Of a stretch of DNA of 64,000 nt, positions 11,023 to 22,805 are shown one piece after another. Location of the stretch: contig JBNRSN020000002.1 in NCBI GenBank assembly GCA_051313645.2, forward strand, positions 74,462,001 to 74,526,000, in the 5' to 3' direction. A model generated the notes under the pieces. It saw only the letters and a program-made list of their open reading frames with translations, ran no database searches and was not told where the DNA came from. Position 1 is the first letter of the stretch, and each line of letters begins with the position of its first letter. Position numbers and translations under genes: made by a program. The DNA comes from Centroscyllium fabricii (Eukaryota).

Positions 11023-11840
11023 AGTTAACGGGGGGGATTTTGCCGGAAGTGCGGGAACCTGGCGGGGATTGGTCGGGGCGGGTTCCTTGCCCGCCCGCCC
11101 AAAGACCTGGGAACCCTACGCAATTTTAATTTAATTGAGTAATTAAATCCCTGCGTGCGGCAGCTGGTGGTAATTGACTCAATCGAGTCGGAGCTGTAGC
11201 GGGCTGCGAGGAGCTTGATTGACAGTTCCAGCGCTGGTTGTTGACAGTTCCCATGGAAACACTCCACTGTGACATCACAGTCGAGTGGAACCAATGGGAA
11301 AGGTCAAGTGCTGGTGACTGACAGGTGGACGGGCGGGCTCCGAATCCTTGACAGCTCGGCACCGGCTGTCAGGAAATGTGCAAAGCTGAGATTTCTCCGT
11401 TTTTGCCCACAGCTAGTGTACCCACCACAGAGGTGCTGAAGGCCTGCGAAGCATTTTGCAGCATGTCCTTCAACACCTTGAAGGAGAAAGTGATGAACAG
11501 CGCTGTGCTCCCTCTGGGTTTCACCCAGCGGGGTTTTAGGCTGGCGGGGTTAGGGTGGAAATGGGATGAAAATTCGGAAGGGCCCTTAAAATGGAATTAC
11601 ATATGCCAATTAAGGGCCCTTAATGAGGTGACAACCCATCCCCGCCGGCCGCAAGGTTTCAGGGCGGGGAGTCAGGGCGGGGGAAAATGCCAAAGCGGCA
11701 GGGATCCGGCGGGGGGGGGGGGGAGGTGTCGCGACCCACCGGTTCCGATATTTTGCCGGCCGAACCGCCGAAAACCCCGCCTCACGGGGACATGAAAATC
11801 CCGCCCCAACGTTTCAGGTCGAAGACCTTTCTTCAGAACT
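11023..11840 (-). ncRNA. Minimal type I hammerhead ribozyme motif (core 11808-11840; 3' stem I strand displaced to 11023-11026 by MITE insertion)
   Basis: Reconstructed minus strand reads AGUU-CUGAAGA-A-AGGUC-uuc-GACCU-GAAA-CGUU^AACU. Confidence 0.65.
11030..11807. mobile_element. Harbinger-type MITE
   Basis: TIR GGGGGGGATTTT / AAAATCCCGCCCC with 3-bp TSD AAC. Closely similar copy at 23832-24623. Confidence 0.85.
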
Positions 11841-12395
11841 GGAGCAGCTGGGAGGGGGGATAGATTTTAAAGCTTGTAGGGGCTGGGGAAAGGGGGAGGG
11901 GGGGCAGAAAGAGCAAAGGAAAGATCAGAAATTCAAGGAACACTCAAGGGATGGGCAATAATTGCCAACCTTGCCACTGATGCCCACATTCTGAGAATGA
12001 ATACAAGAAAGCTTCAAATTATTTAATGTCCTCAATGCTTGAACTTTTACCTTCTTTTCCCCTTTTCTCTGATTCAAACGGAGAGACCCGCAGTCCCTCC
12101 CCCCAAGTGATCATTCATCACGTGTGAGGCTGGATGGCGAGGGTTGATAGTGCATGGGGAGCATCACAGTTCAACCTGACCTGGCACTGCATCCACATGT
12201 ACGCACTTTTCAGCATAGCTCAATGGACATCAATCAGGAACGAAGACCTTGGCTGCTTTTTCCACCCTTAGAGGTGCTGAGGCTAACTGCAGTATTCCTA
12301 TTGCTGCCCGCAGGGATATCAGCTGATTCAGTGCAGATCAAATATTGAACCTGGGACATTCCTGATCAGTCTGGCTTAGCAACATAACAGGCTAT

Positions 12396-13193
12396 GGGGG
12401 GAAAAATTGGGTGGCGCCCCATTTGGGGCGCTAACCTCGGCGGGGCACTACTTTTAGCGCCCCGAAAAAGTTAGTGCCGTTCCGCCTTAAATTGGGTTTT
12501 AGTGCCCCAAGTAGGAGGTTGGGCACTACTGCAAGCACCCCACCTCGTCCCTTGGGCGCAACAACTCAATTTTGGGCCATTGTGTGCGACTTTGCCTTCA
12601 TAAAGGGGAGTGGCCCCGCTGGACCACCGGGGATCGGAATGCTGGCAAAGGAGCCCGGCACTCAAGGGAGGTGCCGGGCTCACGGAGCACAGCCAGCACT
12701 CCGCGGGGGGGGGCAATCGGGGAAGGCCGGGGACAGCAGAGGGGGCAGGTGCTGGCAGGCCGCCAGCAAGAAAAATGGCCACCCGGCACCTCCCCTTTAA
12801 ATAGCGCTGCTCCAGCTGCAACTGCGCCCCCCTGACCCTGTCAGAGACAGCATCCGGCGCTAAGTCAGGGGGCGCAGCTGAAGTTCACGGCCGGGGTGCG
12901 AGCGAGGCGCTGCACACGGCGATTATGTCATCGCTGGCGGCGCGGTGCCACAGGGCGCTAACGACTGCCGCCGCAGCTGAAGTTCACGGCTGGGGTGCGA
13001 GCGAGGCGCTGCGCATGGCGATTATGTCATCGCTGGCGGCGTGCTGCCACGGGGCGCTGACGACTGCCGCCGCCGCCAGCGCCCCGTTGAGTATCACGGG
13101 AGGCACCAGCCCATGCGCTAGGTGCCTCCCGCGCCCCATTAGCAGCCCTCGGAGAGCACTAACGGCTGGCGCAAGCCACCCAATTTTTCCCCC
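12396..13193. mobile_element. Harbinger-type MITE, GC-rich, with internal ~98-bp tandem duplication (about 12874-13070)
   Basis: TIR GGGGGAAAAATTGGGTGGC / GCCACCCAATTTTTCCCCC, flanked by TAT(G) on both sides. Inserted in an old SINE head. Confidence 0.88.
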
Positions 13194-13980
13194 TATGTAT
13201 TTAGCAACTGAGCCCTCAGGAGGATGTGCTATGATCATTTTAAAAAGCCTGTGGTTTGATTGTATTGGTTAGTCCCATGCTGTTCTCATTTCATCATTTT
13301 CTTTGAAATGGCTAATTATTACATTATTCTACTTAATCAGCAGCAGTTACAGTTTTAGATTTAAAACCCAGCTCTTTCTGAAAAAAAAACATGCAAACTA
13401 TTGGCATCAGTACTGGCCCCAGAGTTTCCTCTGGGGAAAGGTGGAAATGTGACCAATTACATCATCTTTTCAAGTGGTAATTAAAATGAGACTTAAAAAA
13501 AAGTCAATTTTCGAAAATGAAGGAACCTATATTGCAAAAAGGTTCTAGCTGGGAAAACATCGAATAACACAGAAAATGCTTATATGTTTCTTGTTTTTCC
13601 ATGGGGGAGGGGTGGACACAGCCTGGTTACACTTCAAATTATAGATAACTCTGACCATTTTTTTAAATAGATCAAATTTGCATGCCCAACCCACCAAGTT
13701 GTGTACGCTGCCATTTTCCTCCTGATACCAACCAAAGATTCCTCTGCAAGCATTCTATGAAGTGCTTTAACCTCTCCGAGTCCAAAAGGACCTTTTATGT
13801 TGGGGAAAACAGAACATTCAAATGTGTTTTTAAAAAAATATTTGTGTATTAGTTGTGTATGACACACGCACATTATTATTAAGCCCTCAAACAAATTGTT
13901 AGATTGATCTTCATTAGTTTAGTTACAATCTTGCTGATGAGCATTGGTCAAATTATTTTTTCTGACTTCATATACAGATA

Positions 13981-14345
13981 CAGGTTGAGCACCGCTAATC
14001 CGGACACCAGGAATCCGCTAACTTCAGTTGTCCGGAACGAATCCGGCCGACTGGTCTGCGCATGCGCGAAATGGCCGCCGCGCTTGCGGGACCTTCCCCG
14101 ACTGCCAGACTGGTCTGCGCATTCGCGAAATGGCCGCCGCGCTTGGCTACGCATGCCCGGGCCTCCCCGAACGATTGATGCTTTGGCGCGTGCATGCGCA
14201 GACCATTCAAAATGGCCACCGGCCTTCGTGGCGGCCATTTTGAATGGTCCGCACATGCGCTCGTCAAAGCTTCACTCATTTGGCTTTTTCAGTAATCCGG
14301 CACGGGCCTGGTCCCGACCGTGCCGGATTAACGGTGCTCAACCTG
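13981..14345. mobile_element. Tigger-type MITE
   Basis: TIR CAGGTTGAGCACCG / CGGTGCTCAACCTG with TA TSD. GCGCATGCGC and AAATGGCCGCC motifs inside. Confidence 0.9.
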
Positions 14346-14684
14346 TATATAAATTATATATCTTTCTGTTCGAGTGTATTTAGTGCATTGGCTCTGGTCT
14401 TGCATCCTTTTCCTTCTGTCTGGTGGTTTTACTCTCGCCTCATCTGCTGTTGAATGTGCTAACACCAATTTCTACCATCTAGTTCCATTCTAGACTATTC
14501 TCACACTCTGTCCCATCCCCGGGTCTATTTTCTTTCCTTCCTTCCCACTTACCATTTCATCTTTGTTGCTCTACTTATTTCCCATCTTCAAGCTCTACTG
14601 TCTCCATCTCCTGGTTCTGTTATCCCCCCTCTCCACTCCATCTCCCAACTCCAGTCCCCTTCCTCTTAGATTTATCTCCAGACA

Positions 14685-15266
14685 CGGCATTGAAATGGCT
14701 GCAACGGCGTGAACTTGCTGTACTTGCCTACTCGTTCCACACTAAAAACAGCTGGTGCATTCAAGGGTAAGTGAGTTTTTAACGGCATGGTAAGTGATAA
14801 TTACTGCTGAACAACCTCTCTGGTCCTGAAAAATTAATTTTACAGGTGTGGAGTCTCATTCCCTCAGAAGAAAATTAATGTTGGAGATTTTAAAACAATT
14901 AAAATAATTTTTTTAACTTTTTCTGTCGGTCTCTTTTATCTCTCTCCCTTAATCCCCTCTGTATTTTCCTCCAATCTTTATTTTGCTTTCTGGACATCAT
15001 TTAAATATAATTTATATTTCCTTGTTTATACGTCCTGATTTGTATTTCGTGTCTCAGTGAAGTTTCTTCAATCTGATTGGTTGAAGAGTCTCACTGTTTC
15101 TTGTCCTGCTCACAGATGCCACAGATCCCCTGTAGAGGGCGCCGCATTGGAAAAGATGGCGGATAAGAGGAAATCTACACAAAAGCCTGCGTTAACTCTG
15201 TGGGCAGCTGTCAGCGAGGTGAACAACGAGCGCCGTTCCTTTGACGCGGACAGCAAAATCCGGGCC
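14685..15266. mobile_element. Truncated Harbinger-type MITE
   Basis: Right terminus AAAATCCGGGCC, AT-rich centre with GGTAAGT motifs like the 39791 family. Left TIR not seen. Confidence 0.5.
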
Positions 15267-15317
15267 ATTGTGTCTACAATGTTTGATACTCTGACTACTT
15301 CCTATCTAATGGTTGTA

Positions 15318-15622
15318 CAGGTATACAACCCCTTGTCCGCAATTTCGAAAATCGAAAAGCTCTGAAAACCGAAAGTTTTTTCTGGAGTGTCACTCATGTG
15401 CACGACATGACCCGAGTTGCGCCGAACATGACCCGACGCGGCCGACGCTTGACCCACGCAGGTGTGAGGCGTCATTTGTGTCTCAGCGCTGCTACCAGTC
15501 ACACTGCTCTGATATTTTGTTATTTTGTGATTTTGAGTTTAATTTCACTGCGAAAATAGCAAAATTCCAAAATCCGAAACACATCTGGTCCCAAGGGTTT
15601 CGGATAAAGTGTTGTGCACCTG
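15318..15622. mobile_element. Tigger4/MER46 (Zombi)-like MITE
   Basis: TA|CAGGT..ACCTG|TA. Subterminal CCAAAATCCGAAACACATCTGGTCCCAAGGGTTTCGGATAA resembles the recalled MER46/Tigger4 end. Confidence 0.8.
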
Positions 15623-15943
15623 TATTTCCTCTCCTCTCCACTCTGCAATATTTGCTCCACTCTCAGTTCTGTGTTCCATTAACTTGCTGTTCTGTTGCTT
15701 TAAAAGCCAGTGAAGTGGATGTAGTATCAAGTGTGCAACTTCACACTCTGTTTTGCGAGACAGTGTGGTAAGGTGGAGAACATTTTCACCCATTTTGCAT
15801 TCAGTTGCTTTATTTTGGCAGTTTTGTACTATGTGACTGCATTACAACTGACCTGGATCTTGATATTACACAGGGCAAGAAAATATTCCATTCTCTTGTA
15901 ATGGCAATCATATTCATTTATTTCTGGAAGAAAATAAATTGGT

Positions 15944-16468
15944 AAGAACATAAGAAATAGGAGGAGGAGTAGGCTGTTCGGCCCTTCGAGCCTGCTCCGC
16001 GATGCAATGAGGTCATAGTTGATCTTCTGCCTCAACTCCATTCACCGGCCCTATCGCCATATTCCTTAATGCCCTTACTGGTCAGAAATCTATCGACTTC
16101 GGTTTTGAATATACCCAATGACTGAGCCTCCACAGCCCTCTGGGGTAAAGAATTTCAAAGATTTACCACCCTTTGTGTGAAGAAATGTCTTCTCATCTCA
16201 GTCCTGAATAGCCTACCCTTTAACCTGAAGCTGTGGCCTCTGGTTCTGGACTCCCCTGCCAAGGGAAACATTCTCCCAGCATCCACCCTATCAAGCCCTG
16301 TAATACTTGTGTATGCTTCAATGAAATCCCCTCTCATTCTTCTGAATTCAAGAGAATACAGGCCTAGTTTACTCAATCTCTTCTTATACGACAGTCCCGC
16401 AATCCCAGGAATCAATCTCTTCAACCTTTGTTGAACACCCTCTATGACAAGTATATCCTTCCTTAGGA
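15944..16468 (-). mobile_element. CR1/HER1 LINE 3' end
   Basis: LRKDILVIEGVQQR..LGLYSLEFRRMRGDFIEAY..GESRTRGH plus tail. Confidence 0.92.
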
Positions 16469-16559
16469 ATGGATGGAGTTTGATCATTTAAATCCAGTTG
16501 GCATTCAGCTTCACTGGCTGAAGAATAGCATTTTGGGGTTTTATAAATAGTACAGTACA

Positions 16560-17240
16560 AGAGTCAAGAGTTATCGATATATTTGTACAAGACAATAGCT
16601 AGGCCATAGTTTAAAGTACTGTGTGCTTTTTCAGTGCCCTATTATTAAACGAACATTAAAGACATTGAGAGCATATACAGTATTATAGATTCATCATAAT
16701 GATACCAAGGATGAGAAACTATAGTTGTGAGGAGATTTGAGATACTGTAGCTAGTTTTACTTAAGCAGAGAAGGCTGCGAGGAAAATTTTAATACGCCTG
16801 TACTATGAAGTGTTTTGATAGGCTGAATAGGCCTTACCTATGGTAAGGGAATCAGTTACAAGGGGTCATGCATTTACAATGGTCATTTAGTGAGTGAAGA
16901 GAGAGATGAGGAGCAACTTGTTTACACAGAGAGTTGTTGGGGCATTGAATGTCTTGCCATGGGGAGTGTTGAGGCAGAGACCATTGCAGCATTTTCATAG
17001 AATCATACAGCACAGAAAGAGGTAATTCAGTCCATCGTGCCTGTGCCAGCTCTTTGAAAGAGCGATCCAATTAGTCCCACTCCCCTGCTCTTTCCCCATA
17101 GAAAGGGTAAAGTGGATGAACATTTGAAGCACAGCAAGCCACAGGGCTATGGGGCGACAGCGGGGCATTAGGATTAGTTTAGCTAACAAAGAGTTAGCAC
17201 AGACGCAAAAGGACAAATAGGCTTCTCCTGTGTTGTCGAC
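16560..17240 (+). mobile_element. Highly decayed CR1 fragment with an inverted CR1 tail at about 16998-17100
   Basis: Residual motifs TTGTACAAGACA..AGGCCA, GCAGAGAAGGCTGCGAGG and TTTACACAGAGAGTTGTT. Confidence 0.6.
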
Positions 17241-17685
17241 ATCTATATGGTGGAAACATCGAACTACTATACCAGGGAGTGGAGGCAGCATTTATTTGTC
17301 TGGTTTTACTTCGGCAAATGCAATTGCACTGCACGTTCCGCATGGTTGCACCACTGCAGCAAAGCCAAATATATGCAGCGTCAATTTCTAAGAAATTAAT
17401 AATGTGGCAGCATGACCACTTTGAAGAGGTGCTACTGATTGACATCAGATGCAGTATAACTGCAGCCAGTTCACAGCTGAATCTTTAAACTTTCAATTGT
17501 TTTAAAACTACTCAGTGGCCTGTTGTACTGCTTTTAAATTCTAATGTTAGGAAAAAGCTAACTTTCAGCGCTTCTCCAACTTTAGATTTCACCTGCAGTC
17601 CAAAATCAATGTGCAGAAGTCAGAATCTGATTTGAACGGAGTATGTCCCAAACTCTATTTTCTTGATTTGAGTGGTACGAGTGGC

Positions 17686-18180
17686 CACTATAACCATGGG
17701 CTCCCACTCATACTGCACTGAGCTATTCCCAACACCATGACTATGGGTTTCCACTCATCCTGCACTGAGATATTCCCAACACTATGACCATGGGTCCCAC
17801 TCATACTGCACTGAGCTATTCCCAACACTATAACCATGGGTCCCACTCATACTGCAGTGAGATATTCCCAACACTATGACCATGGGTCCCACTCATACTG
17901 CAGTGAGATATTCCCAACACTATAACCGTGGGTTCCCACTCATACTGCACTGAGCTAGTCCCAACACTATGACCGTGGGTTCCCACTCATACTGCACTGA
18001 GATATTCCCAACACTATGACCGTGGGTTCCCACTCATACTGCACTGAGCTATTCCCAACACTATGACCGTGGGTTCTCACTCATACTGCACTGAGATATT
18101 CCCAACACTATGACCGTGGGTTCCCACTCATACTGCACTGAGCTATTCCCAACACTATGATCATGGGTCCCACTCATACT
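17686..18180. repeat. Minisatellite, 41-42-bp unit, about 12 copies
   Basis: Unit CACTATGACC(A/G)TGGGT(T)CCCACTCATACTGCACTGAG(C/A)TATTCCCAA, read directly. Confidence 0.95.
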
Positions 18181-19852
18181 AGATTCAGAGGTATTCTCAA
18201 CACCGCACCAATTAATGGGATATAACTGAGGAATGAAGCATTATACCCGAGCTGGAACTGTTTGAAATTGGCACTGAACATGCAGAGTAGAAAGTCGTTT
18301 ATTCATTGCCCAGCAATGACTGCCACACCAACTTGCTCCCTTCCAAAAATCAATCAATCAATCAGAGTTGTACTTATTTTTGGGGTGGGGGCATGGAATT
18401 GCCTTAAATCTGGAACTAGAGTGTGTTTTTACATTTTTGTGAGCTGTATGATGTGTTTTTCTTTTCCTTGTTGCCAAGATATTTTATAAGTCTGGAGCTG
18501 CACGGTATGTCTTGAATCGGACTGTAAGCTGGCTACAGAGTGATGTTTTTTAAGAATTAGAATCCACAATATTCAGCACTGTATTTTCATTTCTACGACA
18601 ACCTTCCTCAGAACATGCTTTTGACCGGCTTCTAAGCAATAGATTTTAATGAGAAGATTGTAAAGAGAAAAATGGAAAGCGTGAGCCCAAGTCAATAAGT
18701 GCGGTTAATAACAGAGTTAAATGGAACTGCAGAAAAGTTGACCGCTAAACAAATTGGCAAAATTTCCCCACCATATGCAACAAGTAAAGGTCACCTGGGC
18801 AACTAAACCCACTTCTTGCTCAATTATGTTCAATATAGCCTATCAGAGGCCCCGATTTTGCCGGCGCTCAGAGGGCGGGTCCGCTATCAAAATCGAAATA
18901 ATTGACAGCGGGTTGGTAGCCTGCTCCGAACCTGCCTCCATGTAAATTTCCAAAGTGTCATCTGTGATTTCAGAATAGACCCGACACCAAGCAGTGGGGC
19001 AGGCATTTAAGATAGTCAAGTGCTTGTTAAACACTGGTTAACTACTATTTTGCCAGTCTGTTTCTATTTATCCACTTTTATAATGAGGTTCACATTGATC
19101 AGAGATCACGTCAGGTAAGTAGATAGGGTTCTCTGTGTCTCCCCATTGCGGTGAATAGGTGACAGCTGCAAACATGGTACGAAAGCTACCATTTCACAGC
19201 TGGTCACTTTCCAATGCAGAAGCTTGAACCTTCAGTACTTGGAAGACACTTTAGAGCTCCTTGGAGCAAGCTCTCTCACCACTGTCAGATCACTTCTGTC
19301 ATCTCAACTTCAGCTGTCATCTATTCCACCAACATCAGTGCCCTTGAAAAAATCTCACCTTGGTCCTCTGAATCCTTCCACCATCAGCCACAACACCAAC
19401 ATCACCAGGTACACCAGCATCACCAACAACAGCACCAAACTTCTCCTCAATCACTTGATGCTGCACAGGACACAGGGCATCAGCACCTGTCAACATTGCT
19501 GCCCGGGAGGCCAGTGATGGTATCACCATGTCCAGATTTACTTCACTTGACGCTGTACACGCTGGCTGACACATGATGCGCCAGGTTGACACCACCTCAC
19601 ACCAGCACCATAAAGCATCCCTACAATGTCCAAGCCATTCCTTTCACACTCATCACCATTGGGCTGGGGGGGGGGGGGGGGGGGTTATGTCTCGGCATTC
19701 ACTGGAACTCATTAAGACACTTCCAAAAGGTGAGCACAGATTTGTCCAATAAGGTAAAGTGTTAAAAATATAAATTTCAATGTTTGACAACACATTAACA
19801 GAAACTTCACATGAACATTGGCTAAACCACCCAAGTGCCTACCCTTGTGTGT

Positions 19853-20655
19853 TCAATTCAATTCAAGTTTTATTGTCATTGCAGAGTACGAGTACAATAC
19901 AATGAAACGAAGACTCGCCGCTCCCGAGAGTAGTGCAAATAAGTTACATACAATTTCATACTATAAAGTACATTTCAGGTGTGCAGATACTGGAGTTTTT
20001 TGTTAGAGTTCAGGAGACTGACAGCCCTGGGGAAGAAGCTATTCTTGAATCCGGTCGTGCGGGTGTGGATTGATCTGTAGTGTCTCCCGGAGGGCAGGGG
20101 GGCGAACAGACTGTGGCTGGGGTGTGTGGGGTCTTTAATAATGTTCAGAGACCTCCGTAGGCAATGTTTGAGGTAGGTGCTTTCGACTGACGGTAGCTGG
20201 GTGCCGGTGATTCTTTGAGCAGTTTTGACTACCCGCTGCAGGGCCATCCGGTCCGAGATGGTGCAGTTTCCATACCAGACTGTGATGCAGTTTGTCAGTA
20301 TGCTTTCGATTGTGCAGCGGTAGAAGTTGGTGAGGATGCCGGATGTCAGCTTGGCCCTTGTCAGCTTCCTTAGGAAATACAGGCGCTGTTGGGTCTTCTT
20401 AATCAGAGAGGAGGTGTTTAGTGACCAGGAGAGGTCTTCAGAGATGTGGACCCCAAGGAACTTGAAGCTGGACACCCTTTCCACCTCAGTCCCTTGGATG
20501 AAGATGGGGGTGTGTCTTCTGCCTTTAGTCTTCCAGAAGTCCACTATGATCTCCTTGGTTTTCTTGATGTTTAGTGCCAGGTTGTTGTCGGCACACCATC
20601 CGGCACTGAATCTCATCCCTGTAGGCTGACTCATCGTTGTTGGTGATCTAGCCAA
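19853..20655 (-). mobile_element. Rex1/Babar LINE 3' fragment with open reading frame
   Basis: WCADNNLALNIKKTKEIIVDF..VERVSSFKFLGVHISEDLSW..QRLYFLRKL..FYRCTIESILT..FKNSFFPRAVSLLN, followed by a (TTGAA)n tail. Confidence 0.93.
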
Positions 20656-20659
20656 CCAC

Positions 20660-20980
20660 CATGGAGGGCAACTTGAAGGTGGTGGTGTTCCCATGCGCTT
20701 GCTGCCCTTGTCCTTCTAGGTGGAAGAGGTTGCAGATTTGGGAGGTGCTGCTGAAGAAGCCTTGGTGAGTTGCTGCAGCGCATCTTGTAGATGGTACACA
20801 CTGCAGCCACGGTACACCGGTGGTGGAGAGAGTGAATGTTTAAAGTGGTGGATGGAGTGCCAATCAAACGGGCTGCTTTGTCCTGGATGCTGTTGAGCTT
20901 CTTGAGTGTTGTTGGAGCTGCACTCGTCCAGGCAAGTGGAGAGTATTCCATCACACTCCCGACTTGTGCCTTGCAGATGG
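20660..20980 (-). mobile_element. CR1 family-2 LINE fragment
   Basis: MEYSPLAWTSAAPTTLKKLNSIQDKAARLIGTPS. Confidence 0.85.
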
Positions 20981-21299
20981 AAAGGTGAATGGGTGAAGGT
21001 GCAAGTTAAGTTGGTGTGAGTAAGGATAAGGAAGGGAAGGCAGAGTGATGTGGATGTGATGAGTGGTACAACAGGATGAGGTTGAGTGTGGCTTGGCAGT
21101 AACATTTTGTGATCTACTGTGAAGAGTTGCGCTACTGCAGCCTGGTTCTCTTGACCACATCCCTGCTTGTGCCCTCCTGTGCAATGTGCAGCCAGGCTGC
21201 GTTGATCTCCTGGGGAGGCCTCTTTCACCCATGGGGAGGGAAGAGAACCTCCCTGCCTGCTATGGTTCCCTCCAGAATCATGGGAGAGCCTGGGTGCAG

Positions 21300-21482
21300 C
21301 CGTGCTTATGGGGGGAGTCTCAGCACGCAGGGAAGTCCTCTTCGCTTCCAATGGGCGGAAGACACCTCCCAGGACACCTACACAGCCTGGTTACACATCA
21401 TACAGGAGGACACAAGCAGGAATGTTGTCAGGAAGACCAGACTGCAGTGGTGCAAACCTTTTAATGATCTCAGTAGATCAGG
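21300..21482 (+). pseudogene. Harbinger Myb/SANT-like DNA-binding ORF remnant (inverted second copy at about 21105-21300)
   Basis: VLMGGVSARREVLFASNGRK and, after a frameshift, TAWLHIIQEDTSRNVVRKTRLQWCKPFNDLSRSG. This fits the W..VA..V....R...QCRKRFNDL motif of Harbinger Myb-like proteins. Confidence 0.75.
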
Positions 21483-22047
21483 AAACGTTACTGCAAAGCC
21501 ACACTCAACCTCATCCTGCTGTGCCACTCATCACATCCCCATCACTCTGCTTTTCCTACTCTACTCCTGCACATCCTTACTCACACCAACTTACCTTGCA
21601 CCTCCACCCATCCCTCTCTATCTACATTATCACTTCTCCATCTCAGCAGCCACCCTTCACACTCACCCTCATCCTAGTCCAATCATACCAAGTAACAACA
21701 CACAAGGGTAGGCACTTGGGTGTTTTAGCCAATGTCCATGTAAACTTTCTGTTAATCTGTTGTCAAGCATTGAAATCCTTCTGGTCATCACTTTGCCTTC
21801 TTGGACAGATTTGTGTGCACCTTTGAAAGTTTCAGTGAGTTGCAATGAATGGTGAGACATAACATCCTCGTTCCCTGCCGTCCGCCCGCCCCCTCCCGCC
21901 CCATCGCCCACAATGGTGATGAGTGTGAAAGGAATGGCAGAGACATTGTAGGGATGCTTAATGGTGCTGATGTTTCTGAAATTTGAAAGTGACCAGCTGT
22001 AAATGGTAGTTTGTATACTACTTCTGCAGCTGTCCCCTAATGAAAGA

Positions 22048-22462
22048 TGATTGGCACCCCATCCACCACCTTAAACATTCACTCCCTCCACTGCCAGTGT
22101 ACCGTAGCTGCAGTGTGTACCATTTCTAAGGTGCACTGCAGCAACTCACCAAGGCTTCTTCGGCAGCACCTCCCAAACCCGTGACCTTTACCACATCGAA
22201 GACAAGGGCAGCAGGTGCATGGGAACATTACCACCTCCAAGTTCCCCTCCAAGTCACACACCATCCTTAGGGAAGTATATTGACATTCCTTCATCGTCGC
22301 TGGGTCAAAATCCTAGAATCCCCTCGCTATCAGCATTGTGGGAGTATCTTCACCATACAGGCTGCAGCGGTTCAGGAAGACGGCTCACCACCACCTTCTC
22401 AAGGGATGGCAGTAAATGCTGGCCTTGCCAGCGACGCCCACATCCCATGAATGAAATAAAAA
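22048..22462 (+). mobile_element. CR1 family-2 LINE 3' end
   Basis: ATTGGCACCCCATCCACCACCTTAAACATTCACTCCCTCC through tail AAATGCTGGCCTTGCCAGCGACGCCCACATCCCATGAATGAA. Confidence 0.85.
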
Positions 22463-22805
22463 AAGAAATGGAGGGTTGTTCAGAACCTGACATACTTACC
22501 TGGCAAGATCCCCGAGCGACGGGAACCTCGTGGAAAACTTGCCAAAATGCTTTGTAACTGGTAAAATGGTGATTAAATTGCTTTAAACACCTTCTTTGCT
22601 AGCACAAGTGTATGATCCACCGCTTAGTGCCATGTCTGCAAAGCGCAGGCAGAGCCGGCACTGGGGAAACTCAAGGAGATGGGTTTAGAGCGGGGTACCG
22701 CCCCACTGCCAATCTTTTTGATTTTGACAGAAGACCGCCTACGAACCTGCCCTCTGAGCGCTGGCAAAATTCAGCCCTCTGTGTGGGGAAGATATTCTTG
22801 TAATC

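Larger units (their letters stand above)
10963..11920 (-). mobile_element. Penelope-like element terminal fragment, split by a MITE
   Basis: AAACGCTGGAGAAACTCAGCAGGCCAGGCAGCATC..GAGAAACAGAGTTAAC|GTTTCAGGTC. Related copies at 36640, 37670, 55540 and 62310. Carries a hammerhead core. Confidence 0.6.
18847..22777. mobile_element. Fold-back (palindromic) non-autonomous Harbinger derivative with nested LINE fragments
   Basis: About 100-bp imperfect TIRs (GATTTTGCCGGCGCTCAGAGGGCGGG / CCTGCCCTCTGAGCGCTGGCAAAATT). Internal inverted matches 19160-19215/21975-22035, 19600-19660/21912-21970, 19690-19850/21695-21865 and 20985-21290/21300-21610. Confidence 0.8.

Noticed and set aside
17686-18180. CRISPR-like array
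   Set aside because: Head-to-tail tandem units with no unique spacers, vertebrate context, no cas genes.
19975-20694. 239-aa ORF as a host gene
   Set aside because: Rex1 RT C-terminus fused by chance to a CR1 fragment; 5'-truncated.
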